Assembly: GCA_003105225.1 (NCBI GenBank)
Contig: PQAK01000147.1
Location: 1-44,762, forward strand
Reading direction: 5' to 3'
DNA length: 44,762 nucleotides
DNA from: Deltaproteobacteria bacterium
Lineage (GTDB): Bacteria > Desulfobacterota > Deferrimicrobia > Deferrimicrobiales > Deferrimicrobiaceae
Position 1 is the first letter of the stretch. Every line of letters begins with the position of its first letter. A program made the position numbers and the translations under genes. The notes under the pieces are model-generated. The model was not told the origin of the DNA, did not search any database, and worked only from the letters and a program-made list of their open reading frames with translations. Positions 26,868-35,900 of the stretch are shown here, piece after piece.

Positions 26868-27295
26868 GATTTGGACTCCTTCCCCTTCGCTTCGGATTTC
26901 ACCTTCTTCCGGTTCTTCCGGCCTCCCAGGTACGCCTCGACCGGCCGCCACCCGAAGAAGGCGGTCTTTCCCGCCGCCCCGAAGGCCTTCTCGAGCCCCT
27001 CCGCCGCCATGCCCGCAAGCTCCGCGGCGAGGGTGCAGGCGAAGACGAAGGGAAGCGCGATCACGTAGGCCAGCCCGATGAAGGGAGCGGAAGCGAGCCG
27101 TCCCACGGTCCTCCATGCTTCCCGGTACCCCGATTTCCGCAGGTGCTCCATCTCCTCGCCGGCGGACTCCTTCAGGGTCTTGAAGGGCTTGGGCTTGAGG
27201 ATCTCCGCATAGAGGATGTACCCGGTGATCGCCAGGACGGAAATGATGTACTCCACCCCTTTGACGTGCGTCGTGAAGTCGATGAGCGTGTGCAT
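26864..27295 (-). CDS. Small membrane protein, paralog 1 (143 aa), with an FGWRPxEAYLxGxKNRK C-terminal motif
   Basis: 2-3 predicted TM segments. C-terminus FFGWRPVEAYLGGRKNRKKVKSEAKGKESKS. Its stop overlaps the GTG of the c3 cytochrome gene (GTGA). Confidence 0.6.
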   Translation of the reverse strand: MHTLIDFTTHVKGVEYIISVLAITGYILYAEILKPKPFKTLKESAGEEMEHLRKSGYREAWRTVGRLASAPFIGLAYVIALPFVFACTLAAELAGMAAEGLEKAFGAAGKTAFFGWRPVEAYLGGRKNRKKVKSEAKGKESKS

Positions 27296-27314
27296 GGTGT
27301 CCTCCCCTTGTCGG

Positions 27315-27668
27315 TTATTCTTTCGTCCCGCTGCCGTTCTTGTCCTTCCGGTTCTTCCCCGCCAGGTACGCCTCGGTGGGCCGCCACCCGAACGACACGC
27401 TCGTCCGGAGCTGGGAGAGCACGCCCCCGAAAATCCTGTGGCCCAGCAGGTAAAGCGACAGGCCGATGATGGTGACGGGCAGAAAGACGATGTACAGCCC
27501 TCCCGAGATGATCCCGTAGAGGAACAGGATGGCGAAGGGGAGGCGGCTGTACGTCGACTCCAGATTTCCCGGGAGCACGCCTTCCTTCTTCATCTCCACC
27601 AGACGTCCGGTGCCCGATTCCCAGTAGGTGCCTGCCCCGACCTCTTGTCCGCCGGTGAATTTCTGCAT
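27315..27668 (-). CDS. Small membrane protein, paralog 2 (117 aa), with the same C-terminal motif
   Basis: ATG at 27668 after GGGAGGTGAG. TM region LPFAILFLYGIISGGLYIVFLPVTIIGLSLYLLG. C-terminus SFGWRPTEAYLAGKNRKDKNGSGTKE. Confidence 0.6.
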   Translation of the reverse strand: MQKFTGGQEVGAGTYWESGTGRLVEMKKEGVLPGNLESTYSRLPFAILFLYGIISGGLYIVFLPVTIIGLSLYLLGHRIFGGVLSQLRTSVSFGWRPTEAYLAGKNRKDKNGSGTKE

Positions 27669-27903
27669 CTGACTCACCTCCCTTGCGGTCTTGCGGGTTA
27701 CCGGCAACGTTCCCTTGATGGTGCCCACTATAGGGGAGGCCCCATGCCGCAACAATCGGTAGAACTACCTAGATTTCGGGGAAAGAGTACCTATGCGGCG
27801 CCCGTTAAATCCGTAGGCGCGTGAGGATGCGGGTATGCGGAGGGTTATGGAAACGGGTGCAAAAACCCGGGCGTAAGGGAAGATCCTGAACGTTATCGAA
27901 GGA

Positions 27904-28431
27904 TTATCTGAACATGCTCTCCGCTACCTTGATCAGCTCCAGCGGCGTGGAGCGGGCGGCGACGGTGATATGGGTATTCCCTTCCGACCAGGAGATGCGG
28001 GAGCAGGGATCCCCGTTGCCGCACGTCCCCACCTCCAGCGTGGCGTCCCGGCCTTTCAGCGGGTATCCGACCTTTTCCTTGAGCTGCGCGATCTTGATCC
28101 TGCCGTCGGTGCGGAACGATGCGGAGCCCGACTGGGAGATGACCAGCCCCGCGGATTTTCCTCCCGCCTGTTCGAACTCCATGATGAGCGCCGGGAACGG
28201 CTTCCCCTGCGCCAGGACCGTGGAAGGCGGCCACGAGAGGTTCTGCGGGAAATACGACGGGACGCGGATCTCGCGGAAGGAGAGCTCGGCCTTCACGTCC
28301 TCGACGCTGGCGTACTTCCGCATCAGGTCCCGCTGCGTCAGCATCGGCAGCCATCCCGCGATCTTCAAGCCCCCCGCGAGAATCGCGATCGCGGCCGCGA
28401 ACAGCAGGTAGTTGGAGAATTTCCGTTGCAT
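27904..28431 (-). CDS. N-terminally anchored membrane protein of unknown function (175 aa), downstream partner of the M56 peptidase
   Basis: MQRKFSNYLLFAAAIAILAGGLKIAGW TM anchor followed by a soluble beta-rich domain. This is only the 3' third of track ORF 27904..29526. Confidence 0.55.
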   Translation of the reverse strand: MQRKFSNYLLFAAAIAILAGGLKIAGWLPMLTQRDLMRKYASVEDVKAELSFREIRVPSYFPQNLSWPPSTVLAQGKPFPALIMEFEQAGGKSAGLVISQSGSASFRTDGRIKIAQLKEKVGYPLKGRDATLEVGTCGNGDPCSRISWSEGNTHITVAARSTPLELIKVAESMFR

Positions 28432-28445
28432 GGGGTCTCTCCGTG

Positions 28446-29441
28446 TCACACGACGAAGTAGTCGATCACGATGACGGCGCAAAGGGTCAGCAGAAAAACC
28501 GGCCAATCCCCGCCGGACGGGGATCCGGGACGGTTTTCGAGACGGGCGATCCGGCTCTCGATGTTCAGCCGGTGGCTGTACTCCTCGATCCGGTCCGATA
28601 CGCGGCTTCCCCCGTCGGTCCCGGCATCCTCCGCGGGCCCCGGGTCCAGGTACAGCTTGCGCAGGGCGCCGGCCAGCTCGAGCGGTTTCTTCGTGAAGGA
28701 AGCGGCCATCTCGTCGCAGATCTTCTCGTCCTCCTGCACGGACCTTCGGAACTCGACGAGGGCGACGGGATTGAAAAACATGACGATGCGGACGAAGAAC
28801 ACCGGCAGGAGGAACGGCCGCCGGCTCCTCATGATGTGCGCGATCTCGTGGGCCAGGGCCGCCTGCAGCTCCTCCGCGCGAAGGACCTTGAGCAGGCCCG
28901 ATGACAGGTAGATGGAGGCCTTCTTCCCCGTGGAGGAGAAAAGGACCGGGTCCTCGTCCTCGAGGATGTGCGTCTCGGGCTTCTCCACCGGCAGCGGCTC
29001 CAGGGCCGCCCGCACCGACGCGTCGCCGCCTTCCCGCAACTCGCCCGGGGGGCCGTATTTCCTGGACACGAAGGTGTGCCGCAGGATGGGCAGAAGCTCC
29101 TGGGCGAGAAACACCAGCGCCGTGATCGAGAAGACGAGGAGCAGGACCGCGCCAAGGGGCACGCCCCAGGGCAGCCCGATGTTGATCCACCGGCTGCTGT
29201 CGAAGAGCGCGCTCATTCGGAAGTAGACCGACCCCCTGCCGGGATCGGCCAGCTGGTACAGCGGGTAGGAGAATACCGGGAACACGATGGCGATCAGGAG
29301 CAATCGCAGCCGGACGAACGGGCTGGCGATCCGGAAAGCTACGATGGCGATTTCCACGATGGCGGCGGCGACCAGGGAGTGAAAGAAGGCCTGGGTCGCG
29401 TAGAGGCCGGGAAGGGAAGTGAAAAAATCGGATAAACTCAT
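28446..29441 (-). CDS. M56/M48-type zinc metallopeptidase, BlaR1/MecR1-like membrane sensor-protease without a penicillin-binding domain
   Basis: Four N-terminal TM segments. HExxH in AALAHEIAHIMRSRRP. Second membrane region and a C-terminal TM. Confidence 0.8.
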   Translation of the reverse strand: MSLSDFFTSLPGLYATQAFFHSLVAAAIVEIAIVAFRIASPFVRLRLLLIAIVFPVFSYPLYQLADPGRGSVYFRMSALFDSSRWINIGLPWGVPLGAVLLLVFSITALVFLAQELLPILRHTFVSRKYGPPGELREGGDASVRAALEPLPVEKPETHILEDEDPVLFSSTGKKASIYLSSGLLKVLRAEELQAALAHEIAHIMRSRRPFLLPVFFVRIVMFFNPVALVEFRRSVQEDEKICDEMAASFTKKPLELAGALRKLYLDPGPAEDAGTDGGSRVSDRIEEYSHRLNIESRIARLENRPGSPSGGDWPVFLLTLCAVIVIDYFVV

Positions 29442-29533
29442 TTTCCGCCCATGATAGCGTCACCGGCGGAAGAAATGAAGAGAGGAAAACCCCATGGCCG
29501 CGGCGGAAACCGCCGCCTGGCCTCACGAACCGG

Positions 29534-30655
29534 TCAACCGGGTTCTCCCCCTTCGCCGCCGGGACCTTCGGAAAGGACGCCGGGATCTTTCGCGCGACGC
29601 GCCCGTTCCTTGTACATCTCGAAAAGGAGAAGGGAAAGGGAGAGAATGACCGGCCCGGCGACGACCCCGATCAACCCGAAAGCGGCAAACCCGCCGATCG
29701 CTCCCAAGGCTATGAGCGATACCGGCAGTTCCGCCTTCCCGCCGATGAGCAGCGGCCGGACGATATTGTCGGCGCTGCCGACGACAAGGACTCCCCATGC
29801 GAGCAGGAAGATCCCCTTGGCGGTCTTGCCGGCCAGAAGCAGGTAGACCGACCCCGGTAGCCAGAACAGGGCCGTCCCCACGATCGGGACGAGGGCCGCG
29901 ACCGCCATGAGGCTGCCGAAGAGGACCGGCGACGGCAGGCCGCCGATCCAGAACCCGATCCCGCCGAGAAGGCCCTGGATGAGGCATGTCCCGAGAATCC
30001 CGACGACCCCGGCCGTGAGCACCCGGGACAGGTTCTCCTTGAGCGCCGCCTTGTCCGGGGCGGGGAGCGGGACCACCGACCAGAACTCTTCCTGGAGCCG
30101 GCGCCCGTCCCGGTAGATGAAGAAGAGGATGACGAGCATCAGGACGAGATGGAAGAGGGAGACGAAGACGTTCTTCAACAGCCCGCTCGCGAATCCCACC
30201 AGGGAGGAAGCCGCCTGCTTCGCTGCGGGCATGAGGTCCTTCCCGATATCGATATCGAAGGTCTGAAGGAAGGAATCGCCGCGGGCGAGCCACGGGGCGA
30301 CGGACGGGTGGGCGCGGATGGCGTCGATGCCGGGGATCTTTCCGCTCGCGGCGGCGGCCTCGAGGACCCGGTACGTATCCGCAGCCTCGCCGGCGAGAAG
30401 GACGATCAGCCCGACCGTCGGGAGAATGAACACGAGGACCACGAGGAGGGTCATGACCGCCGAGGCCGCCCCGTCCCTGCCCCCGAACCGTTTCAGGATC
30501 CTTTCGTAGACGGGAAAGGTCGCGATGCCGATGACCGTTGCCCAGGCGATCGAGATCCCGAACGGCGCCAGCAGCAGGTACAGCAGGGAAATAAACAGGA
30601 GGGCGAAGGCAAAGGCGGCGAGCGTCCAAAATACTTTCGAATCCATGGCTATCAT
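29534..30655 (-). CDS. AI-2E family transporter (PerM/YdiK-like)
   Basis: 8 TM segments. Family-typical LIQGLLGGIGFWIGGLPSPVLFG and SADNIVRPLLIG motifs. Confidence 0.85.
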   Translation of the reverse strand: MIAMDSKVFWTLAAFAFALLFISLLYLLLAPFGISIAWATVIGIATFPVYERILKRFGGRDGAASAVMTLLVVLVFILPTVGLIVLLAGEAADTYRVLEAAAASGKIPGIDAIRAHPSVAPWLARGDSFLQTFDIDIGKDLMPAAKQAASSLVGFASGLLKNVFVSLFHLVLMLVILFFIYRDGRRLQEEFWSVVPLPAPDKAALKENLSRVLTAGVVGILGTCLIQGLLGGIGFWIGGLPSPVLFGSLMAVAALVPIVGTALFWLPGSVYLLLAGKTAKGIFLLAWGVLVVGSADNIVRPLLIGGKAELPVSLIALGAIGGFAAFGLIGVVAGPVILSLSLLLFEMYKERARRAKDPGVLSEGPGGEGGEPG

Positions 30656-30721
30656 TCTGTCCGAGGGGCTCCGCCGTGTCCAACACTATCGCGCGGAATT
30701 GTTGCTATAATCCCCTCGTGC

Positions 30722-30798
30722 GCGCCTGTAGCTCAGGCGGATAGAGCAGCTGCCTTCTAAGCAGCGGGTCCGGGGTTCGAGTCCCTGCAGGCGCGCCA
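30722..30798 (+). tRNA. tRNA-Arg (anticodon UCU), CCA encoded
   Basis: GCGCCTG-TA-GCTC-AGGCGGATA-GAGC-A-GCTGC-CTTCTAA-GCAGC-GGGTC-CGGGG-TTCGAGT-CCCTG-CAGGCGC-G-CCA (77 nt). Confidence 0.92.
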
Positions 30799-30853
30799 GA
30801 ATCCTTAGCCATGGCGTTGACGACCTCGTCCTCCACGATGCGCACCTTCCGGC

Positions 30854-33499
30854 TCAGGACACCACCCTCTTCATGATGTCGATGTCCCGGAATCGGAATA
30901 TGAACTCCTGCCGCGGATCGTGCCTGAGGTCCACCGTTCCGCGCAGCTGATGCACCGCCAGGTTGTAGACCAGTTTCAAGCCCAGCGACTTGATCCGGGA
31001 CAGGTCCAGGTCCCTGGGCAGCCCCGGCCCGTCGTCCCGGTACGCAAGCTCCACATCGTCCTCCCTTTGACGCAGGGAAAGGTAGATCCTTCCGGCCTTC
31101 CGGTCCGGGAAGGCGTGCTTGAGGGAGTTGGTGACCAGCTCGTTGATGATCAGGCCGCAGGGCTGCGCCGCGTCGATGGAGAGGAAGATCTCCTCCAGGT
31201 CCAGGACCGGCTTGACCGGCCCATCATCCCCCTGGTGGACCTGAAGGAGTAGGGTCAGCAGATCCCGGAAATACACCTTCATGCTTAAGGAGGTGACGCT
31301 GCCGGACCGGTAGAGATTCTCGTGCACCAGCGCCAGGGAGCGGATCCGGTTCTGAGCCTCCATGATGATGGGTATGAGCTTCCCGTCTCCCAGCTCGGTC
31401 GCCTGGAGGCTTAAGAGGCCCACGATGACCTGCATGTTGTTCTTCGTCCGATGCGACAGCTCCTTGAAAAGGACCTCCTTCGCCGCCAACGAGGCCTTCA
31501 GCGCCTTCTCCATCGCTTTGAGCTCCGTAACGTCCGTCGAGACTCCCAGAACGTGACCGACTGCGCCATCGGGATCACGTTCCGGCGCCAACTTCAGGTA
31601 GAAGGTCTTTGTTCCCTCCGGCAATGGAAACTCGAATTCAAGGTCCCTGTCTCGCCCCTTGTGGAACACGTCCCGAATGGCCTCTTCCCATAACCCGCAC
31701 AGGGGCTCGGGCATGCCGACGTCCCGGTTGGTCCTGCCGATGAACCTGTCGATGGGGATGCCGGTGTACTCCTCGGATTTGGGATTGAGGTACACGACCC
31801 GCAGATCCCTGTCGTATCGCATCAGGACCGACGGCATGTTTTCCGCCAGGGACCGGTACCGCGCCTCGCTCGCCCGAAGCGCCTCCTCGGCCGAGATCCG
31901 CTCGGAGATGTCGATGCTGTAGACACGGATGCGCTGGATGGCATCGATATAACGGATCGACTGGTGGTAGTGTCGCCCATCGGCGGCAACGACGCGTGAG
32001 GTCTGACGCTCCTCACCCCGCCGGAACCGATCCGTGACCTCCCTCAGGCCGGCCAGCCAGGGATGCGACGATCCCGCCTCCTCAAGGTCGGGAAAGAGTT
32101 TTCGGGCCGTCGGGTTGGCATAACAGACGACTCCCTCGGGATCGATTTCCACGACGAGGTTGGGGTTGAGCTCGGGGAAGGAGGCCAGGCGGGCGACGAT
32201 CGCTTCGGTCTTTTTACGCTCGGTGACATCCAGCCAGGAAGCGGCAATGCCATCCCCCATCTTGACAATCCGGATGTCGAATGCCCGGCTATCTTGTTCC
32301 CCTCCCGGTAAAACGCCCGTGTAAACCCAGGAATCCTCGATGAACGGCTCCCCCGTCTCCACGATCCGGACGAAGTTCCTGAACCAGTCGCTCTCCTTGA
32401 TTCCGGGGAACAACTCCGTATAACTCCGCCCGAGGGAGTCCTCCCGGCTCCGCCCGTTCATCCGGCAGCCTGCCTCGTTGATGTACTTGTACCGAAAGTC
32501 CGCGATCTGCCCCGCTTCATCCCGTATCGCCGAAAGGATGGCAAAACCGTTGACCATGGTCTCCACGCTCATGCGGAACTGCTTCTCGCTCTGTTGCAGG
32601 GCTTCTTCGGCGGCGCACGCCGCGGCCTCCTCGCGACTCAACTGCGCCGCGCTGCGCCACAGAAAGCCCGCAAAGACAAGGATCAAGGTGATGACGAGCA
32701 GCCCTGTACCCATGGCGGTGTCGGTGATGCCCAGGTACTGGGTATGCACTTGAAGCAAGCCCATCGCCAGCGGCACCAGAATCACCGCCGGAAGCATCTT
32801 TCGAATCAGCACCCCACCCGCATCCGGGCGCAGCAGCGCGGCCATTGGCCCGCCCCGGGTATACGCCAGCAGAAGCCCTGCGCCCAACGAGACCAATGCC
32901 ACCACCGTCGGCCATGCGATTCCCGTCAGGCGCGGCAGGCCATAGAATCCCTTGATACCGTAGAGGAAACCCACCGCCGGCAGGAGATTGATCACACACA
33001 CGACCAGACCCAGGTAAGGGGTCATCCCCTTCCGGCTCCATGCCAGCGCCAACAGGCCCGTCCCCAGGAGCGTCAAGCTCAAGGATCCGGGCGGTCCCAT
33101 GCGGTTGGGGCTGGCCGTTGCCACGGCTCCCCGCGCTTCCGTGGCCAGCAGTTGGTCAATGCCCAGATCAAGGCCAAACAGGTGCTGACTGAGGGTACAT
33201 GCTCCGATGAGCAGCACGAGGGCCGCCAAGCCCGTTCCCACCGCGCGGCGCTGCCGGCCCGCGACAGGTCCCGCCAGCAACAGCAGCGCAACTCCGGCCA
33301 GCAGTTGCCCGAGGGCCATGTTGGTTTTTACGGTGAGAACAGCCGCAGCAGACCATTGAGCGGCCCAGCCTCCCAGCCACGCCACCAGCCAGAAACCACC
33401 GATGAACATGGCCATGGCGCCGGTTACGCGAACGGCCCATGCTGCAGAACCAGGATGGGAGTTCGACTCCGGATGATGGGAATCCTTGGGATTCCTCAT
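30854..33499 (-). CDS. Multi-PAS sensor histidine kinase, HisKA_2/HWE-like, with an N-terminal polytopic membrane sensor domain
   Basis: About 8 N-terminal TM helices, at least three PAS-like modules, H-box FKELSHRTKNNMQVIVGLLSLQA, HATPase INELVTNSLKHAF...DDGPGL. Confidence 0.85.
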   Translation of the reverse strand: MRNPKDSHHPESNSHPGSAAWAVRVTGAMAMFIGGFWLVAWLGGWAAQWSAAAVLTVKTNMALGQLLAGVALLLLAGPVAGRQRRAVGTGLAALVLLIGACTLSQHLFGLDLGIDQLLATEARGAVATASPNRMGPPGSLSLTLLGTGLLALAWSRKGMTPYLGLVVCVINLLPAVGFLYGIKGFYGLPRLTGIAWPTVVALVSLGAGLLLAYTRGGPMAALLRPDAGGVLIRKMLPAVILVPLAMGLLQVHTQYLGITDTAMGTGLLVITLILVFAGFLWRSAAQLSREEAAACAAEEALQQSEKQFRMSVETMVNGFAILSAIRDEAGQIADFRYKYINEAGCRMNGRSREDSLGRSYTELFPGIKESDWFRNFVRIVETGEPFIEDSWVYTGVLPGGEQDSRAFDIRIVKMGDGIAASWLDVTERKKTEAIVARLASFPELNPNLVVEIDPEGVVCYANPTARKLFPDLEEAGSSHPWLAGLREVTDRFRRGEERQTSRVVAADGRHYHQSIRYIDAIQRIRVYSIDISERISAEEALRASEARYRSLAENMPSVLMRYDRDLRVVYLNPKSEEYTGIPIDRFIGRTNRDVGMPEPLCGLWEEAIRDVFHKGRDRDLEFEFPLPEGTKTFYLKLAPERDPDGAVGHVLGVSTDVTELKAMEKALKASLAAKEVLFKELSHRTKNNMQVIVGLLSLQATELGDGKLIPIIMEAQNRIRSLALVHENLYRSGSVTSLSMKVYFRDLLTLLLQVHQGDDGPVKPVLDLEEIFLSIDAAQPCGLIINELVTNSLKHAFPDRKAGRIYLSLRQREDDVELAYRDDGPGLPRDLDLSRIKSLGLKLVYNLAVHQLRGTVDLRHDPRQEFIFRFRDIDIMKRVVS

Positions 33500-33659
33500 A
33501 TAGGGGCCCCTTCGCTTCGCTTTTCCGAAGTCACCGGTTGCCCCCCCCGGAGGTAAATCAAAGTGGGTTGCGGAATGGTCAGGAAGTAATTTTGATTACT
33601 ATACCGTACCACAAGCCATGGCAGCGGGGGAGTGCGGGGAATCGTCTCGGTCCTCCTCG

Positions 33660-33837
33660 ACGCGACGACGCAGCCGGACGCCAGCGTCGATGCTCCCAAC
33701 CCCGCTATGGCCCACGCGATGCCGAACAGGTCTGCGGTGATCCCCGCAAGGCGCGCTCCGAAGGCGTAACCGGCGTCCCGCCATGGTCCCCTGCTTTCCC
33801 GCCTGCCGATCTTCTCACGATATCCACCTTCACATAA
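33660..33837 (-). pseudogene. Remnant of the C-terminal end of an MFS transporter gene
   Basis: Manual translation of the frame containing track ORF 33496..33699 gives ...GRRESRGPWRDAGYAFGARLAGITADLFGIAWAIAGLGASTLASGCVVA.... This resembles the final TM helices of MFS permeases. There is no N-terminal body, and the frame opens right after a TGA at 33840-33838. Confidence 0.35.
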
Positions 33838-33913
33838 TCACGGCAGAGTCCGGTTCCCCGATCAACGCGTGGGTTTGCCGATTACGTTTCCTCCTCCATC
33901 GTGTACGCCGGGG

Positions 33914-34708
33914 CTACTGGCCCCTGTACATGACATCGGCGATCATACCCGCCGCGGCAAATGCGATGACAACCGCAAGCGTGGTTCTCAACCATCGAGG
34001 GCGGGTATGATGGCTGAAGATGCTTCCGACCTGTGCACCCGGAACCGCTGCAAGCACGAGCAGCACGGCGGGCAGCAGCGGCACCTGCCCCGTCATTGCC
34101 TTGCCTGCAAAGCCCGCCAGCGACGAGAGAAACACGAGCGCCAGGTTGCTCCCGATGACCACTCGGGTAGGCAACCGGAGGACGTGGAGCATCAGGGGAA
34201 TGAGGATGAAGGAGCCCCCCTGCCCGACCAACCCCCCTAGAAAACCGACCGTCACGGCAATGGATACGGCGAGGGGGACGTTGAACCGGCAGGTGTCGGG
34301 ATCCTTGACTTCGAATTCCTCCGCCTTCGGAAACCACATCAGCAGCGCGGCAACGGCGGCGAGACCGGAGAAGACAACCATCAGCGCCTCGTTCGCCACC
34401 CGCCGGGAGACGACCGAACCCGCCAGCGCCGCGACCGTGATGGCGCTCCCCATCGAGATCACAAGTCGACGGCTCACGGCTCGATGCCTGTCGTGACGCC
34501 AGGCACCGGATAGACAGGCGAACAGCCCTTGCGTGATCGTCAAGCCGGCGACTTGCCGCATGTCCAGGGCGTGAAACCCGAAGGCGGGAGGCAGGTACAG
34601 AAGCGCAGGGGCCATGACGATCCCGCCGCCTATCCCGAGCCATCCGGACAGGCAGCTGACCGCGAACCCCGTGAAAAGGATCAGAACCGCCAATCCCGGC
34701 TCGATCAT
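33914..34708 (-). CDS. TauE/SafE (DUF81) family anion exporter-like membrane protein
   Basis: Two-repeat 4+4 TM architecture with GWLGIGGGIVMAPALL and GGLVGQGGSFILIPLML motifs. It begins 9 nt after the selD stop. Confidence 0.8.
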   Translation of the reverse strand: MIEPGLAVLILFTGFAVSCLSGWLGIGGGIVMAPALLYLPPAFGFHALDMRQVAGLTITQGLFACLSGAWRHDRHRAVSRRLVISMGSAITVAALAGSVVSRRVANEALMVVFSGLAAVAALLMWFPKAEEFEVKDPDTCRFNVPLAVSIAVTVGFLGGLVGQGGSFILIPLMLHVLRLPTRVVIGSNLALVFLSSLAGFAGKAMTGQVPLLPAVLLVLAAVPGAQVGSIFSHHTRPRWLRTTLAVVIAFAAAGMIADVMYRGQ

Positions 34709-34716
34709 GGCGGCTC

Positions 34717-35763
34717 CTAGGGCGCGACCTCGATCCGTCCTTCCGGTTCCGCAACAAGCTCCCCGATTGCCGCCGCCGGGACACCCGCTTCGGAGAGGCC
34801 GGACAGCAGGTCTGTTGTCCTTCCGGGCTCGACCGCAAAGAGGAGCCCGCCGGAAGTCTGTGCATCGCAGAGCAGGAGGCGATCGACTTCGTCGATTCCG
34901 TCATGATAGTTTACGATCCGATCGAGTGACTCTTTGTTGCGCCGTGACCCTCCGGGGATCGCCCCTTTTGCGGCGAGTTCGCGTGCCCCCGGAAGGATGG
35001 GAACCGCGGACAGCCGGATGCGCGCGCCGACGCCGCCCAGCATCTCGCGGAGGTGACCCAGCAAGCCGAAACCGGTGATGTCGGTGCATGCGCGCACTCC
35101 AACCTTCCGACCGACCTCGGCAGCCGCCCGGTTCAAGGTCGCCATGGCCGTAACCGCCGACCTCATCGCATCCTCCCCTGCCGTTCCGGCCTTCATGGCC
35201 GTCGTCACGATGCCCGTTCCAATCGGTTTGGTGAGGACGAGTCGGTCCCCTGCCGCCCCTCCGATGTTTGTCCAATACGCCTTCGGATGGACGAAGCCGG
35301 TAACGCACAGGCCGTACTTCGGTTCCTGGTCATCGACGGTGTGGCCGCCGACGATGTCGATGCCTGCCTCTCTGGCCTTCTCCGCCCCGCCGCGCAGGAT
35401 CTCCGCGAGCATCGACATCGGCGTCACGTCGCTGCCTCTCGGAAAACCCACGACGTTCAGCGCCAGGACGGGCCGTCCGCCCATGGCATAGACATCGCTT
35501 AAGGAATTGGCCGCGGCGATGGCCCCGAACTGATAAGGGTCATCCACCACCGGAGTGAAGAAGTCCACGGTCTGGATCAGCGCAAGTTCGTCGGAAATCC
35601 GGTAGACCGCCGCATCGTCGGCCGTCTTCGGTCCGACAAGCACGTTCGGATCCGTGATCGCTGGCAAGCCGCTCAGAACCTGAGCGAGGTCCTCGGGACC
35701 GATCTTGCCCGCTCACCCCGCGCAGTGGGAAAGCCGGGTCAGACGCACCGTGCTCCCGGACAT
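34717..35763 (-). CDS. selD: Selenide, water dikinase (selenophosphate synthetase) with an in-frame UGA selenocysteine at codon 17
   Basis: The track ORF 34717..35667 starts at an internal TTG. Reading upstream in the same frame gives ATG(35763) MSGSTVRLTRLSHCAG-TGA(35715-35713)-AGKIGPEDLAQVLSGLPAITDPNVLVG.... This aligns with the E. coli SelD N-terminus ...IRLTQYSHGAGCGCKISP, where the TGA position corresponds to Cys17. AAGGAG-like GGAGGCGAGCC lies upstream of the ATG. Confidence 0.85.
35660..35715 (-). promoter_or_regulatory. Candidate SECIS region downstream of the selD UGA
   Basis: The RNA reads UGAGCG-GGCAAGAUC-GGUCC-CGA-GGACC-U-CGCUCA, with the UGA in the basal stem. An alternative perfect 7-bp hairpin is CGCUCAG-GUU-CUGAGCG (35686-35670). 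Confidence 0.4.
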
Positions 35764-35900
35764 GGCTCGCCTCCGTATTTTGTCCGACTCGACTACAGGA
35801 CTGCCGCGCCGCGCCGACAAGGATCATGGTATGCTGACGGATAGCTATACCGGAAATGCATAATGCTATTCCTTACCATGCGAATTACTTATGGTATCCG

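Noticed and set aside
27669-27903. Sigma54 (-24 GG / -12 GC) promoter upstream of the cytochrome operon, by analogy with sigma54-controlled Cbc operons.
   Set aside because: TGGGCAC and TTGCC-like strings are present, but not with the required GG-N10-GC spacing. No enhancer-binding protein gene is adjacent.
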